From the NCBI GenBank assembly GCA_964016885.1, contig OZ024743.1:84010001-84074000 (forward strand): a stretch of 64,000 nucleotides of DNA, given 5' to 3'. Below the pieces are notes generated by a model, which made no database searches, was not told the origin of the DNA, and saw only the letters and a program-made list of their open reading frames with translations. Source of the stretch: Eledone cirrhosa. Its lineage: Eukaryota. Positions 27,850 through 41,550 of this stretch are shown piece by piece. Position 1 is the first letter of the stretch. Each line of letters opens with the position of its first letter. Position numbers and translations under genes: made by a program.

Positions 27850-28275
27850 CATAGAAGCAGTTAACAGTTTCTGTTACCTAGGTGACCAAATATGTAGTGG
27901 AGGTAGGTGTTCTGAAAGTACAGTAACCAGAGTAAGAACAAGATGGCAAAGGTTTAGGTTGCTACTACTGCTGCTAGCTACAAAAGGTTGTTTCATCAAA
28001 GTGATGTCTGCATATGAACAGCAATGCTGCATTGCAGTGAGATGTGGGCGGTGTGTGCAGAGGACCTCCGAAGATTGGAGAGAAATGAAGCTTGAATTCT
28101 CCGATGGATGTGTAATATTAATATACATGAAGAGCAAAGTGTAAATAAACTGAGAGAACCTGGGCATAAGAGGGATAAGATACATTATGCAGGAGAGGAG
28201 ATTGCTGTGGTATGGACATGTGATGTGTATGAAGGTAGAGATGCTGTGTAAAAGGTTGACCGCTTGAAATTGATG
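27850..28275 (+). mobile_element. Degenerate RTE fragment
   Basis: [30 protein letters not shown] motifs. Confidence 0.7.
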
Positions 28276-28343
28276 GAAAATAAAGTACCAGTAATGCACT
28301 GGGTAATTGCTGGCCTTGTACCAAAAAGTAGAAACAATTATTT

Positions 28344-28535
28344 AAGGGCGGTGGTTTGGCAGTATCGGTAGAGGGTCGGACGCCATGCTTTGCAGCAAAG
28401 AGTTACGGCCCTTTATGGTCTGAGTTCAAATCCTGCCGAGGTTAACTTTGCCTTTCATCCTTACGGGGTCGATAAAATAAAGTACCAGTAATGTACTGGG
28501 ATAATTGCTGGCCTTGTGCCAAAAGTAGAAATAAT
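28344..28535 (+). mobile_element. SINE family B
   Basis: Matches 21030-21213. Preceded by a partial 3' copy at ~28276-28340. Confidence 0.85.
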
Positions 28536-29145
28536 TATAACTTTAATTAATCTAATTATATCTTGTGTAACAATTATATATATATATATACACACAATTT
28601 TCTTTCCCCGACATCAGTCTTACACTGTCATATCTATTCTTACTTTACAATTGTGTCTACTAAGAGTTCCATTACAATCTGTAGTAGTAAAACTACTATT
28701 TCACCAGAACATCTGCTATCAGTCGTTTATAGACAATATATATATTTTAGACCACATATCAACCTAATATATATATATTTCCTATCAAATCTGTAGCTAA
28801 AGACATAAAGTCAGCCTCACTACTTCATTCTAACAAGATATCAATTTATGACTAAAGATAAAGAAGATACACCAACGTTAATGTCATAAAATAAAGCTGA
28901 TAACATCTTTGAAACTTCTAATTTGATAACAAAGAGATTATTTCTTTGGTTGTTTAGTAAAAACTAACAACACAACACATTGATTATATCTGAAGGAGGT
29001 AAGGTAACAAAGATTTACTTAATGTCTATATTAATGTTTGTAAATAATATAATTATGTAAACCCTACAACGATCCAGTAATTATATACAAGTGAAAATAT
29101 ATATAACATTGGAAAAATATATTTCTCCACTTTTATATATAGAAA
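28536..29145. repeat. ~610-bp AT-rich dispersed repeat, copy 2
   Basis: Direct copy of 14436-15052. Confidence 0.85.
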
Positions 29146-29199
29146 AAAATCTTCCAAACTGAAATGTTGACGTGATATTTTTCACTTAGCAGATTCCAC

Positions 29200-29539
29200 T
29201 GTTACATGTGAGTTACATACACACACATCTACTGTGTTACATACACACACACATATCTACTGTGTTACATACACATATCTACTGTGTTACACACACATCT
29301 ACTGTGCAACATACACACACACATCTACTGTGTTACATATACACAGATCTACTGAGTTACATACACACACATATACTGAGTTACATACACACATCTACTG
29401 TGTTATATGCACACATCTACTGTGTTTCACACACACACATCTACTGAGTTACATACACACATCTACTGTTACATACACACACATCTACTGGATTACACAC
29501 ACACACATCTACTGTGTTACATACACACACATCTACTGA

Positions 29540-29540
<1 letters not shown>
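29200..29540. repeat. 20-26-bp minisatellite (CATCTACTGTGTTACATACACA)
   Basis: About 14 tandem copies with a variable (CA) run. Confidence 0.85.
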
Positions 29541-30190
<650 letters not shown>

Positions 30191-30204
30191 ATATATATAT
30201 ATAT

Positions 30205-30547
30205 AGCAAAAATACACCCCCGTCCCACTACCCCCATCCCATCCAAACTACCCCTTTCAATGTAAAGTTATGTTGGTACCACAACATCCAGTCTGAAACA
30301 AATGAGGTCGTGTAGGTGTCACGACAAAAAACACACAGTCCACGCTGTAATGTGGCTGTGTAGGTAACACGGTAAAAACCTCCCAGACCCACACTGTAAA
30401 TGTGGTTGGTGTTAGGAAGGGCATCCAGCCGTAGAAAACCCGCCAGACAGTCCTATGCGAGCAAGACAACCACTCTTGCCTCAAGTGGGAAAACGCCCGT
30501 CCAAACCCATGCAAGCGTGGAAGATAGACGTTAAACGATGATGATGA
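30205..30547 (+). mobile_element. RTE 3' UTR fragment
   Basis: Matches 10905-11252. Confidence 0.85.
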
Positions 30548-30571
30548 GATTTATATATATATATCATCATT

Positions 30572-30572
<1 letters not shown>

Positions 30573-30603
<31 letters not shown>

Positions 30604-31680
30604 GCATCTGCTTTTCCCTGCTTGCAAGGGTGGGACGGATTTTATTAAGCATGGCATATCTCCACTCGTCTCGATCCCACGTCATCTCTGTGAGCTTCAG
30701 CGATCTGGGGTCAGCTCCACCACCTCCGCCCATGTTTTTCGTGGTCTTCCTCGACCACGTCTTCCTTCAACTGGCATTTCCTGGCACTTCTTCACCCATT
30801 GGTCATCCTCCATGTGCATCACATGTCCATACCATCACAGTCTTCTCTCCCACACACTACACTCTTATACACAGTTTCATTCTCAACTCATCTATGCTTC
30901 TTCATTCACGCACATTGACATTGCACATCCAACGGAGCATGCTTGCTTCATTTCTCTCCAGCCGTCGCATATCCTCTGCAGTTGCTGCCCATGTCTCACT
31001 ACCATGCAGCATCGGGCATCTCACACAGGCATCATATAACTGGCCTTTCGTACGCAGGGAGAAACCTTTCTTTGTCAACAAAGGAAGCACCTCCCTAAAC
31101 TTCTTCCAACCCATCCATATTCTGGATACTATGGCCTCAGAGCACCCTCCTCACTTACTAATCTGATCACCTAGGTACCGGAAGCTATTAACCACCTCTA
31201 TAGAACCCACCTGCATTGGAAATATGTGTCTATCACTGCAATTACTACTGTCAACTTTCCCTGTACATTTACTGCATATATAGTTTTCCCTACCTGTTAG
31301 TTTGCTTGCTATCCCACTACACCTCTTGTATACCCAAGATCTGCATTGTGTGCATTTTATACAATTTATACCAACTCCTTTTCTACCTATCAAACATGGC
31401 CATTTCCCTGACGGAATCAGAGTTTTGTCCTCTTTTCTATTCATCAACACTTTATAGTCTTTGCTAGGTTCACTCTCAGTCCTCTTGCTTCCAACTGCTG
31501 TTTCCATAGCCAGAATTTATTCTCTAGCTCCTCTACTGATTCTGCTATAAGAACCAGATCATCAGCATAGAGAAGTTCCCATGGACAGCCAGTCTTAAAC
31601 TCCTCTGTTATGGCTTGGAGAACTATAACGAATAAGAGTGGGCTGACAACCGAACACTAGTCAACTCCTACTTGTATCTG
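30573..31680 (-). mobile_element. RTE LINE fragment (different subfamily)
   Basis: ORFs 30902-31114 and 31151-31507, [11 protein letters not shown] at ~31560-31590, (GAT)n tail. Confidence 0.85.
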
Positions 31681-31896
31681 GATTTTCTGACGCTTTTCCT
31701 ATTACCCACTCTACTACCTTAAGTATCGGTACTAGGTGCGTTATGGTCCACCTGGTTTCTTACCACACTTTCTTTGTATATTTAAATATATATATATATT
31801 TAAATATACATGTATATATATATTTAAATATACATGTATATATATATTTAAATGTATATGTATATATATATTTAAATGTATATGTATATATATATA

Positions 31897-32665
31897 TCAT
31901 CATCATCATCGTTTAACGTCCATCTTCCACGCTTGCATGGGTCTGGACGGGAGTTTTCCCACTTGAGGCAAGATTGGTTGTCTTGCTCAGGACTGTCTGG
32001 CGGGTTTTCTACGGCTGGATGCCCCTCCTAACACCAACCACATTTACAGTGTGGACTGGGAGGTTTTTACCGTGTTACCTACACGGCCACATTACAACGT
32101 GGACTGTGTGTTTTTTTTGTCGTGACACCTACACGACCTCATTTGTTTCGGACTGGATGTTGTGGTACCAACATAACTTCACATTGAAGGAGGTGGTGTC
32201 GATGGGGTAGGGGTAGTGGGACAGGGTTGTATTTGTGTTAGAGGTGCCTACTGACTGTAGGTTTCGCTTTGTACTTAGGCAAGGCGGGTCTTCTGTATTA
32301 CTGTGTAGCGCCAAAGATCTCGGTCCAGTGACATTGTCTTGGAGAGGTGTAAGTGTGTGAGGTCGGAATTTATCAAGTCGTCCCAGGTTTTTCTGGGTCT
32401 GCCTACTCCGTGGTTACCGTCTATTTTTATCGCCCTGCACTTTTTTATACAGCTGTCGTCTTTCATGCGCATCACTTGACCGTACCAATGTAGTCTTCTC
32501 TCGAGTAAACAACATCTGATCCCTCTTATTCCTAATTTCTCCCTTAGTTCGTTTATGCTTTGCCGTTCACGTATATTACTATTACACACCCAACGGAGCA
32601 TGCAAGCTTGTTCCTCTCCAGTCTGCGTATATCCTCTGCACACAATGCCCAGGTCTCACTGCCAT
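31897..32665 (-). mobile_element. RTE LINE 3' fragment
   Basis: ORF 32275-32643 matches the 9942-10865 C-terminus. GAT tail present. Confidence 0.88.
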
Positions 32666-32742
32666 ATATAGTTAAATGTATATGCATATATGTATATGTA
32701 TATATATATTGAAATGTATATGTATATGTATATATATATATT

Positions 32743-32781
<39 letters not shown>

Positions 32782-32899
32782 ATATAACATATACAGTATT
32801 AACGGTTATCAAACACTGCGTCTTAAATTTTGCAAAGGTAGAAAGTAAAAAAAAAAGAGAATAAGTGACAAGGGCAGATAATTTGCCATTCGGTATTTA

Positions 32900-34770
32900 A
32901 TAATAATGAAATTATTGTGTAAAGTGTTCAGGTGCACTACAACTCGTCAAAGGTGTATGTATAGTACATAGAATAATACACAAATGTCAGGGAAGTACAT
33001 GTGTGTATGTGTTAGCTGTAGTGTTGGCGGATCTCGGGAAGCATGGAGGCCTTAAAGGATGCAGTGTCTCGACAGCTAACAACTGATGCAGGTAGTTTGT
33101 TCAATGCTTCAGCAACTCTGAGCGTGAAAAAATGTTTCCGAAAGTCATGGGAACTGTGCTGTTTTCTTACTTTGTGGGCATGTCCACGTGTGTTAGACAT
33201 ATGGAAATCAAAAAGGTACTCAGGGTTGTTGTTGGCAATATGGTTAACAATTTTGTGGGTGTTTACCAAGTCAGTTGCCAGGCGTCGGAGCTTCAATATA
33301 TCCATGCCCAGGGAAGCAAGGCGCTCAGAGTATGGTAGATGCCTGATGGAGGGTATTCGCTTGGTTGCACGTCTCTGAACAGTTTCCAGGCGGTCAATGT
33401 TCTGAGCAAGATAGGGGTTCCAGACTGGTGATGCAAATTCTAAGTGTGGTCGCACCATAGCCATGTACAGCCTTAAATAGATATCTGGAGAGCGGCTGAC
33501 AAAGGTCTTGCTGAATGATGCTAAGACACCCTCGGCCCTCTTGACAATTTTAGTGACGTGCCTCGTTCAACGCAAATCGCTGCTGACCGTAATGCCCAGG
33601 TCACGTTCACAAGAAGACTTCTTGATATTAGTGCTGTGGAGGGAGTATGTGGACGCTGGGTTTTTACTCCCAAAATGCATGGTGGTACACTTGTCCACTG
33701 CTAGCTTGAGTTGCCAGTCTGAGATCCATTGTTGCATTGTGTCCAGGTCAGACTGCAAGCAAGATCTATAGTGTTCAGGATCTGTCCTTTTTATCTCAAG
33801 GTACAGCTTGATGTCTGCGTACTTTAGTACTGTGGCATTCTTTAAGTTGGCATCTATGTCATTAATATATGCCACAAACAAAAGGGGGCCAAGAACAGAT
33901 CCCTGTGGTACACCAGATGACATCTCATATGGTGAGGAATGCTGTCCCAGAACCGTGACTACCTCTCTTCGACTGAGAATGAAGGACTTCAACCAGTTAA
34001 AAAGATCATCCTTCACACCCATTGCAGAGAGTTTTGCCATAAGCCTTTTGTGTGGCACAGAATTGAAGGCTTTCGCAAAGTCAAGGTAAACAACATCCAC
34101 CCATGAGCCGCCATCAGTGATCCGGGTGATGTCCTCAAGAAACTCTATAAGTTGATCACAGCAGCTGGAGTTGGGGATAAATCCAAATTGCGAGGGTCGG
34201 ATAAGACTGTGAGAGCTCCAGAAGTTCCAAAGTGTTTCTCTGACACAGGATTCCATCAGTTTGGCGATGCAACTAGTAAGACTGACTGGATGATAGTTCA
34301 CAGGTGATGTGCGGTCACCCTTTTTGAACAGAGGAATGACACTGGCAGTTTTCCACTGTTCTGGAGTAGCACTGTTGTTCAGACAGAATTGGAAGAAGCG
34401 TGATAACTGGTGCAGAAGGAAGTACCCACCACGTTTAAGAAGCAGGTACGTAACACCATCAAGACCAGGAGAGGCATGGTTGCATTATCTTTTAGGTGAC
34501 GTCGCAGCATTGCAGGTGTAAATTCCATGATTGTAATAGAGTCTGGTGTCATAGGTGGTGGAGATGGTACACTCTGGTCTTCAATAGTGAAAATGCCTGC
34601 ATAGCATTCAGCAATGAACTCTGCGCATTCCTTGGAGTCGTCAGTAACCTGGCTTGTGTGGGGATTGCGAAGAGGACCAACTGGAGAGTGAGGCCTCTGC
34701 TTTGAGTGAACATACTTCCAGAACACCTTACTGTCAGGGCTGGTTGCTATTTGTGAATTATCTACCTTAT
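32900..34770 (-). mobile_element. CR1-group LINE, 5'-truncated, same family as 880-2567
   Basis: ORFs 33567-34301 (PVSLTSCIAKLME, LDFAKAF, GVPQGSVLGP) and 33012-33464. Confidence 0.92.
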
Positions 34771-35156
34771 ACCACAAATCTAGTACAGTAAAGATTTATT
34801 CGTATTAAGTCATCTGATGTTTACGTTGGAAAAATATATTTAAATAGAAGAAACAGGAAAATAAAGGAGAAAGAAGAAGAAAAAGAAAGGAAATTAAGAA
34901 ACGACTTGGGGTGTGGTGGGGTTACCACAGATAAAAGAGGTACTCAAAACATTACTAAAGTGTAAGCATCATCTTCATCAGTCACTTGACTTCTGTAGTG
35001 GTAGGGGGGATCCTACTACAGAAGCAGCACACACTCAAAATAGTCAATGGCAGCTGTCAACAAATCTGGGGTCGTTTTTTGCATCAATTCTTTAAGGCTT
35101 CCTGTTCATGAAAGGATCATGAACAGGAAACATCATTATTTAATATAGAATTGGCA

Positions 35157-35340
35157 GTATGGATTGGCAGTATCGGTAGAGGGTCGGACACCATGCCTTG
35201 CAACATAGAGTTACGGCCCTTTATGATATGAGTTCAAATCTCGCCGAGGTTAACTTTGCCTTTCATCCTTACGGGGTCGATAAAATAAAGTACCAGTAAT
35301 ACACTGGGTAATTGCTGGCCTTGTGCCTAAAGTAGAAACA
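35157..35340 (+). mobile_element. SINE family B with ~20-bp TSD
   Basis: TSD ATTATTTAATATAGAA(T/A)TGGC at ~35136 and 35341. Confidence 0.8.
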
Positions 35341-35345
35341 ATTAT

Positions 35346-35446
35346 TTAATATAGAAATGGCTTCGACAGGACTAGAACTGTTTCATTCGTATGAAATCAT
35401 CTGGAATGAAACAGTTCTAGTCCTGTTGAAGCCATTTCTATATTAA
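35346..35446 (-). ncRNA. Fold-back centre containing a near-canonical hammerhead (U4>A)
   Basis: Minus strand 35406-35362: TTC-CAGATGA-tTTC.atac.GAAt-GAAA-CAG.ttctagtc.CTG-TC-GAA, inside a ~100-bp palindrome. Confidence 0.5.
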
Positions 35447-35773
35447 CCCTTTAGCATTTACATTACTTTATATTTATTATTGTATTTTCACGGTAAAGGC
35501 TTTACTTCACATAATTATCTCACATAATATCAAAGCTATGAGATATTGATATTATCTCGCCGAGGTTAATTTTGACTTTCATCCTTACGGGGTCGATAAA
35601 ATAAAGTACCAGTAATGCACTGGGTAATTGCTGGCCTTGTGCCTAAAGTAGAAACAATTATTTATTTTGAAAACAATACCGTAACATCAGTATGAGTGGC
35701 CAGTTATGGTTGGTTTGAACTGAAAGAGGTGAAATAATTCTGGCCGGATATGGCCAGTTTAAATGCTAAAGGG
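35447..35773. mobile_element. piggyBac-type MITE, short copy
   Basis: Perfect 14-bp TIR CCCTTTAGCATTTA / TAAATGCTAAAGGG between TTAA sites. Contains one satellite unit and a SINE-B fragment. Confidence 0.8.
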
Positions 35774-35849
35774 TTAAATAATGATGCTTACACTTTACTA
35801 ATGTATTGACTACCTTTTTTAACTGTGGTTAACCCCCTCTACCGATATT

Positions 35850-36282
35850 ACTTGGCAACTGACTTGGTAAACACCCACCAAATTATTAACTCTCTTGCCA
35901 ACGACAACCCTGAGCACCTTTTTGATTTCCATGTGTCTAACACACGTGGACATGCCTACAAAGTCAGAAAACAGTACAGCTCCCATGACTTTCAGAAACA
36001 TTTCTTCACGCCCAGAGTTGCTGAAACATGGAACAAACTCCCTGAATCAGTTGTTAGCTGTCGAGACACTACATCCTTTAAAACCTCCATGCTTCCTGAG
36101 ATTCACCAACACTACACCTGATATTCCCTCTCCATATACATACACACATGTATCTGTGTGTATATCATGACTCATACCCTGTTCACTTTCCTGACATTTG
36201 TACATTATTTTAAGTACTATATATGCACCTTTGCTAAGTTGTAGTGCACCTGAACACTGTACACAATAATTTTCATTATTTT
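35850..36282 (+). mobile_element. CR1-group LINE 3' fragment
   Basis: Matches 2140-2550. Confidence 0.88.
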
Positions 36283-36600
36283 AATTTTATTTTTCTAAAG
36301 AGAAGACTATGTGGTGACTCTCCCCCAGTAGACAGAATGGTGAAGACATTGTAAGTAAAAATATTTTGGTACATGGAAAATAGTTACAACATACGTGACT
36401 CAAGTTCATAGTCTGACCAAGATACTCTCATGGAATCACAAAATGAGGTTTATTTTTCAACATACTCCCTGGAATGAAACAATGTGGTTATTAAGAAGAT
36501 TTGAAATGAATGTAAGATTTCACGGCTCTATCATCAATCCTTCACAGTCAGCTTACAAAGTTTTCAGCCAAACCTTGTGTATTTCCAACATTTCAAACCC

Positions 36601-36931
36601 TATCTAGGACTACATTATCTAATATACAGTAGTTAGTATTGGTGGCTATCAGACATAGTATATCTAGAACTACATTATCTAATGTACAGTACAGTAGTTA
36701 GTATTAGTGGCTATCAGACATAGCGTATCTAGGACTACATTATAAAAATGTACAGTACAGCAGTTAGTATTAGTGGCTATCAAACATAGTGTATCTAGGA
36801 CTACATTATCTAATGTAGAGTATAGTAGTTAGTATTAGTGGCTATCAGACATAGTGTATCTAGGACTACATTATCTAATGTACAGTACAGTAGTTAGTAT
36901 TAGTTGCTACAGACATAGTGTATCTAGGACT
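36601..36931. repeat. ~65-bp minisatellite, ~5 copies
   Basis: Unit TATCTAGGACTACATTATCTAATGTACAGTACAGTAGTTAGTATTAGTGGCTATCAGACATAGTG. Confidence 0.88.
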
Positions 36932-37101
36932 ATGTTTACCCTAAGTATATATATATATATATATATATATATACTTAGGGTAAACATTGATGCAATTCAA
37001 TTCAAGCACTCCACGTACTTTTTCCACATAGGAGTGACGGAGTAAATATCGAATAAGTAAAAGCGAAGTAGTTTCAGATCTTCAAGTCCTTTAATAATAA
37101 T

Positions 37102-37175
37102 GCTGTGATATATATTTCAGTGACGACACTGGCCACACTGTTCTGTGTGCGAGTGTCGTGACATCATCAGACAGC
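37102..37175 (-). ncRNA. Type I hammerhead (mirror copy)
   Basis: Reverse complement of 38340-38413 with two substitutions in helix II. Confidence 0.7.
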
Positions 37176-38339
37176 TTGTTACATAATAAGGTTATGTTTC
37201 CGAGGCAATCCAAGTTGAATCGACATGGGAACGGACGAAGTGTGTGCTTTTGGGTTCTTCATCCGTTCCCCTATGAGTACCAATTCACCCCCACCGGTCT
37301 GCGCAGGCGCATGTCCGAAGGAGGTTGACTATTAGCTACCGCTGATTTCAACGAAATTCGCTTAGTCAGTTCACCCTCTCAGCCAAATAATGACCCATTT
37401 AGGCCTGTACCATAGTTTTCTGCTACCCGTCCCTTCTGTGGCAGTCAGCCGAAAGCCAGAGTGGATGGGAGAGTGTTAGTTTTTACAGGTCACAATACTA
37501 CCTCTCACCAAGCATGGACAGTACGACTGACCATCAACTCCCATTTTATTCATTATTGGTTCTTTTCTTTTGTGTATTTTATACCTGTTTTTCTTTGTTT
37601 TTGTTCCATGTGATGGAAATTATGACTCTGTACCAGATTGACTACTGCCTTGAATACTGTAGTTTACCCTCCGTTCTAATGTACGGCACTATCGTTCAAT
37701 ATGTGGATAGTGTAACTGTGACATTGGAACCCCTCTCAGAACTCCTTACTTAAACATCTCTCTCCATATTATTTACTCACTTCAATTTATATGTTTTTTT
37801 ACTCACCTCAATCCGGATTCTCACTTGAAAATTTTTTTAATTTCTAATTGTTAATTTTTTTATTGTTTAATTTATAATTTCTGATTTTTGATTTAGGATT
37901 TAAATTTTTATTTCCAACTCTCACTCATAACTTCCAATGTAAAACCATGATACCTAGAATTAAGTATATTTTCTCTTGGGAGTTGATGGTCAGTCGTACT
38001 GTCCATGCTTGGTGAGAGGTAGTATTGTGACCTGTAAAAACTAACACTCTCCCATCCACTCTGGCTTTCGGCTGACTGCCACAGAAGGGACGGGTAGCAG
38101 TAAACTATGGTACAAGCCTAAATGGGTCATGGCTGAGAGGGTGAACTGACTAAACAAATTTCGTTGAAATCGGCGGTAGCTAATGGTCAACTTCCTTCGA
38201 ACATGCGCCTGCGCAGACCGGTGGGGGTGAATTGGTACTCACAGGGGAACGGATGAAGAACCCAAAAGCACACACTTCGTCCGTTTCCATGTCGATTCAA
38301 CTTGGATTGCCTCGGAAACATAACCTTATTATGTAACAA

Positions 38340-38413
38340 GCTGTCTGATGATGTCATGACACTCGCACACAGAACAGTGTGGCCAGTGTCGTCATTGAAA
38401 TATATATCACAGC
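38340..38413 (+). ncRNA. Type I hammerhead ribozyme with extended helix II
   Basis: GCTGT-CTGATGA-tgtcATGACACT..AGTGTCGTcatt-GAAA-TATATA-TC-ACAGC. Helix I GCTGT/ACAGC, palindromic helix III, AUC triplet. Confidence 0.72.
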
Positions 38414-38489
38414 ATTATTATTAAAGGACTTGAACATCTGAAACTACTTCACTTTTACTTATTCTATATATATATATATATATATTATT

Positions 38490-39025
38490 TCATCATCATC
38501 ATTTCATTTTACGTCCGCTTTTCCCTGCTTGCAAGGGTGGGACGGGAACTGATTCTGGCTTGATTTCTACAGCTGGATGCCCTTCCTAACACCAACCTCA
38601 TTTTCTGTGAGTGCTGGGTGCTTTTTTGCCGTGGTACCTCCACGACCACTTTGCAGTGGAATGATAGGGACCCAAATCCCTATCATCTCATTTCTTCAGC
38701 TGAGTAAACTGGAGCAATGTGAAATAAAGTGTCTTGCTCAAGGAAACAACACATCACCCGGTCTGAGAATTGAACTCACAACCTTTCGATTGCAAGGCTA
38801 ATGCTCTAACCACTAAGCCATGTGCCTCCATAAAAAATTCTCAGACCGGGTGATGTGTTGTTTCCTTGAGCAAGACACTTTATTTCACATTGCTCCAGTT
38901 TACTCAGCTGAAGAAATGAGATGATAGGGACTGGGGTCCCTATCATTCCACTGCAAAGTGGTCGTGGAGGTGCCACGGCAAAAAAGCACCCAGCACTCAC
39001 TGCAAATGAGGTTGGTGTTAGGGAG
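38490..39025. mobile_element. Head-to-head SINE family A pair (full copy on minus 38490-38830, partial on plus 38838-39025)
   Basis: Each half matches 57660-57995, and the two halves are inverse of each other. Confidence 0.82.
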
Positions 39026-39029
39026 GGCA

Positions 39030-39702
39030 ACAAGTCCGGCATAGCTAGATATAGTTCGTATGGAAGACCATCGAGACCCGGGGATTTGCGTTTGCCGCAT
39101 TGGCTCAGCACGTCCTCTATCTCAGCGGCTGAAATCGGCTCCTAGCAGGACTTCGCCTGTTCGTCCAAAAGACGCGGCAGGCCGTCGAGGTATGAACCGA
39201 AGTCCACTTCCCCAACCGGCTCCCCCGCCCCTTCCAAACAATCGGGCAAAGTGCCTTTGAAAAGCCTCACACATCTGCTTAGGTTCAAGGATCGCCCATC
39301 CATCCTGGTCTCGCAAAGACCGGATGGTGGATTTAATTCCACTCTTGGCTTCTGTCACGCGGGCCCAGCTAACAGCTTTGGTCCCCTCGTTTCCTAGAGC
39401 ACGTATTTTACTTTGGACAACGCAGCCTTTGTGCTTCGCGTCGAAAAACTGGCTCAAAGCTGTTCTCAGGCCACGTCGCCGCTTCTAATAGCCTCTTCTA
39501 CTCTGTCTATCAGCTCCCTTTCCTTCCTATTCCTATCCGCAGCTAAAACCTTACTAAATTCTATCGAGACTAATCTAATCTCTCTCTTTAGAGATACCCA
39601 CCACTTGCTGTTGACGATCGCTCCAGTCAATCACTCCTTAACTAACGTACTAATCCGGTTCCTGTAAGCTTTACTTGCCGGTAGGGACAAGTTCAGCTTC
39701 CA
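39030..39702 (-). mobile_element. Tx1/L1-clade LINE fragment (linker region upstream of RT)
   Basis: [21 protein letters not shown] matches the start of ORF 11705. WKLNLSL and KWWVSLK motifs upstream. Confidence 0.8.
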
Positions 39703-39706
39703 TAAA

Positions 39707-39892
39707 TTAATTGTTTCTACTTTTGGCATAAGGCCAGCAATTATCTCAGTGTATTACTGGTACTTTATTTCATCGACCCTGTAAGGATGAAAGGCAAAGT
39801 TAACCTCGGCGGGATTTAAACTCAGACCATAAAGGGCCGTAACTCTTTGCTGCAAAGCATGGCGTCAGACCCTCTACCGATACTGCCAATCC
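39707..39892 (-). mobile_element. SINE family B
   Basis: Reverse complement of 21030-21213. Confidence 0.85.
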
Positions 39893-40089
39893 ATATATAA
39901 ATTAATGATTTTATCTATTATGTATCATTTATAATTTGCGTGTTAGCAAGTCTCTCCGGAAATAGGGGTGGGGGCGCTGAGGGTATAATGGGGCCGTGAG
40001 TGGGGAGGTGGCCCCAAAAATTTGAGAGCCTCTGATCTAAGGGAACGTACAATGGGATCAAACGTCGAATCTCGTCCTTGTAAAGCAAA

Positions 40090-41400
<1,311 letters not shown>

Positions 41401-41550
41401 TAAATTAAATATACTTCACTGAGAAGATCTAATAATATCGAAACATGTCTGCTGCTTCCACAAAGGTGGTTTATAAACAAGGACCACAGCCATTGTATTG
41501 TCATAAAATGTTCACAAATTTAGTTTATAAATAAGGATCTCAGTCACTGT

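Larger units (their letters stand above)
37051..38464. mobile_element. Fold-back Penelope-like terminus (~490-bp arms 37051-37543 / 37977-38464)
   Basis: Long inverted repeat with scattered mismatches and a hammerhead in each arm. The right arm ends at (TA)n. Confidence 0.72.
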
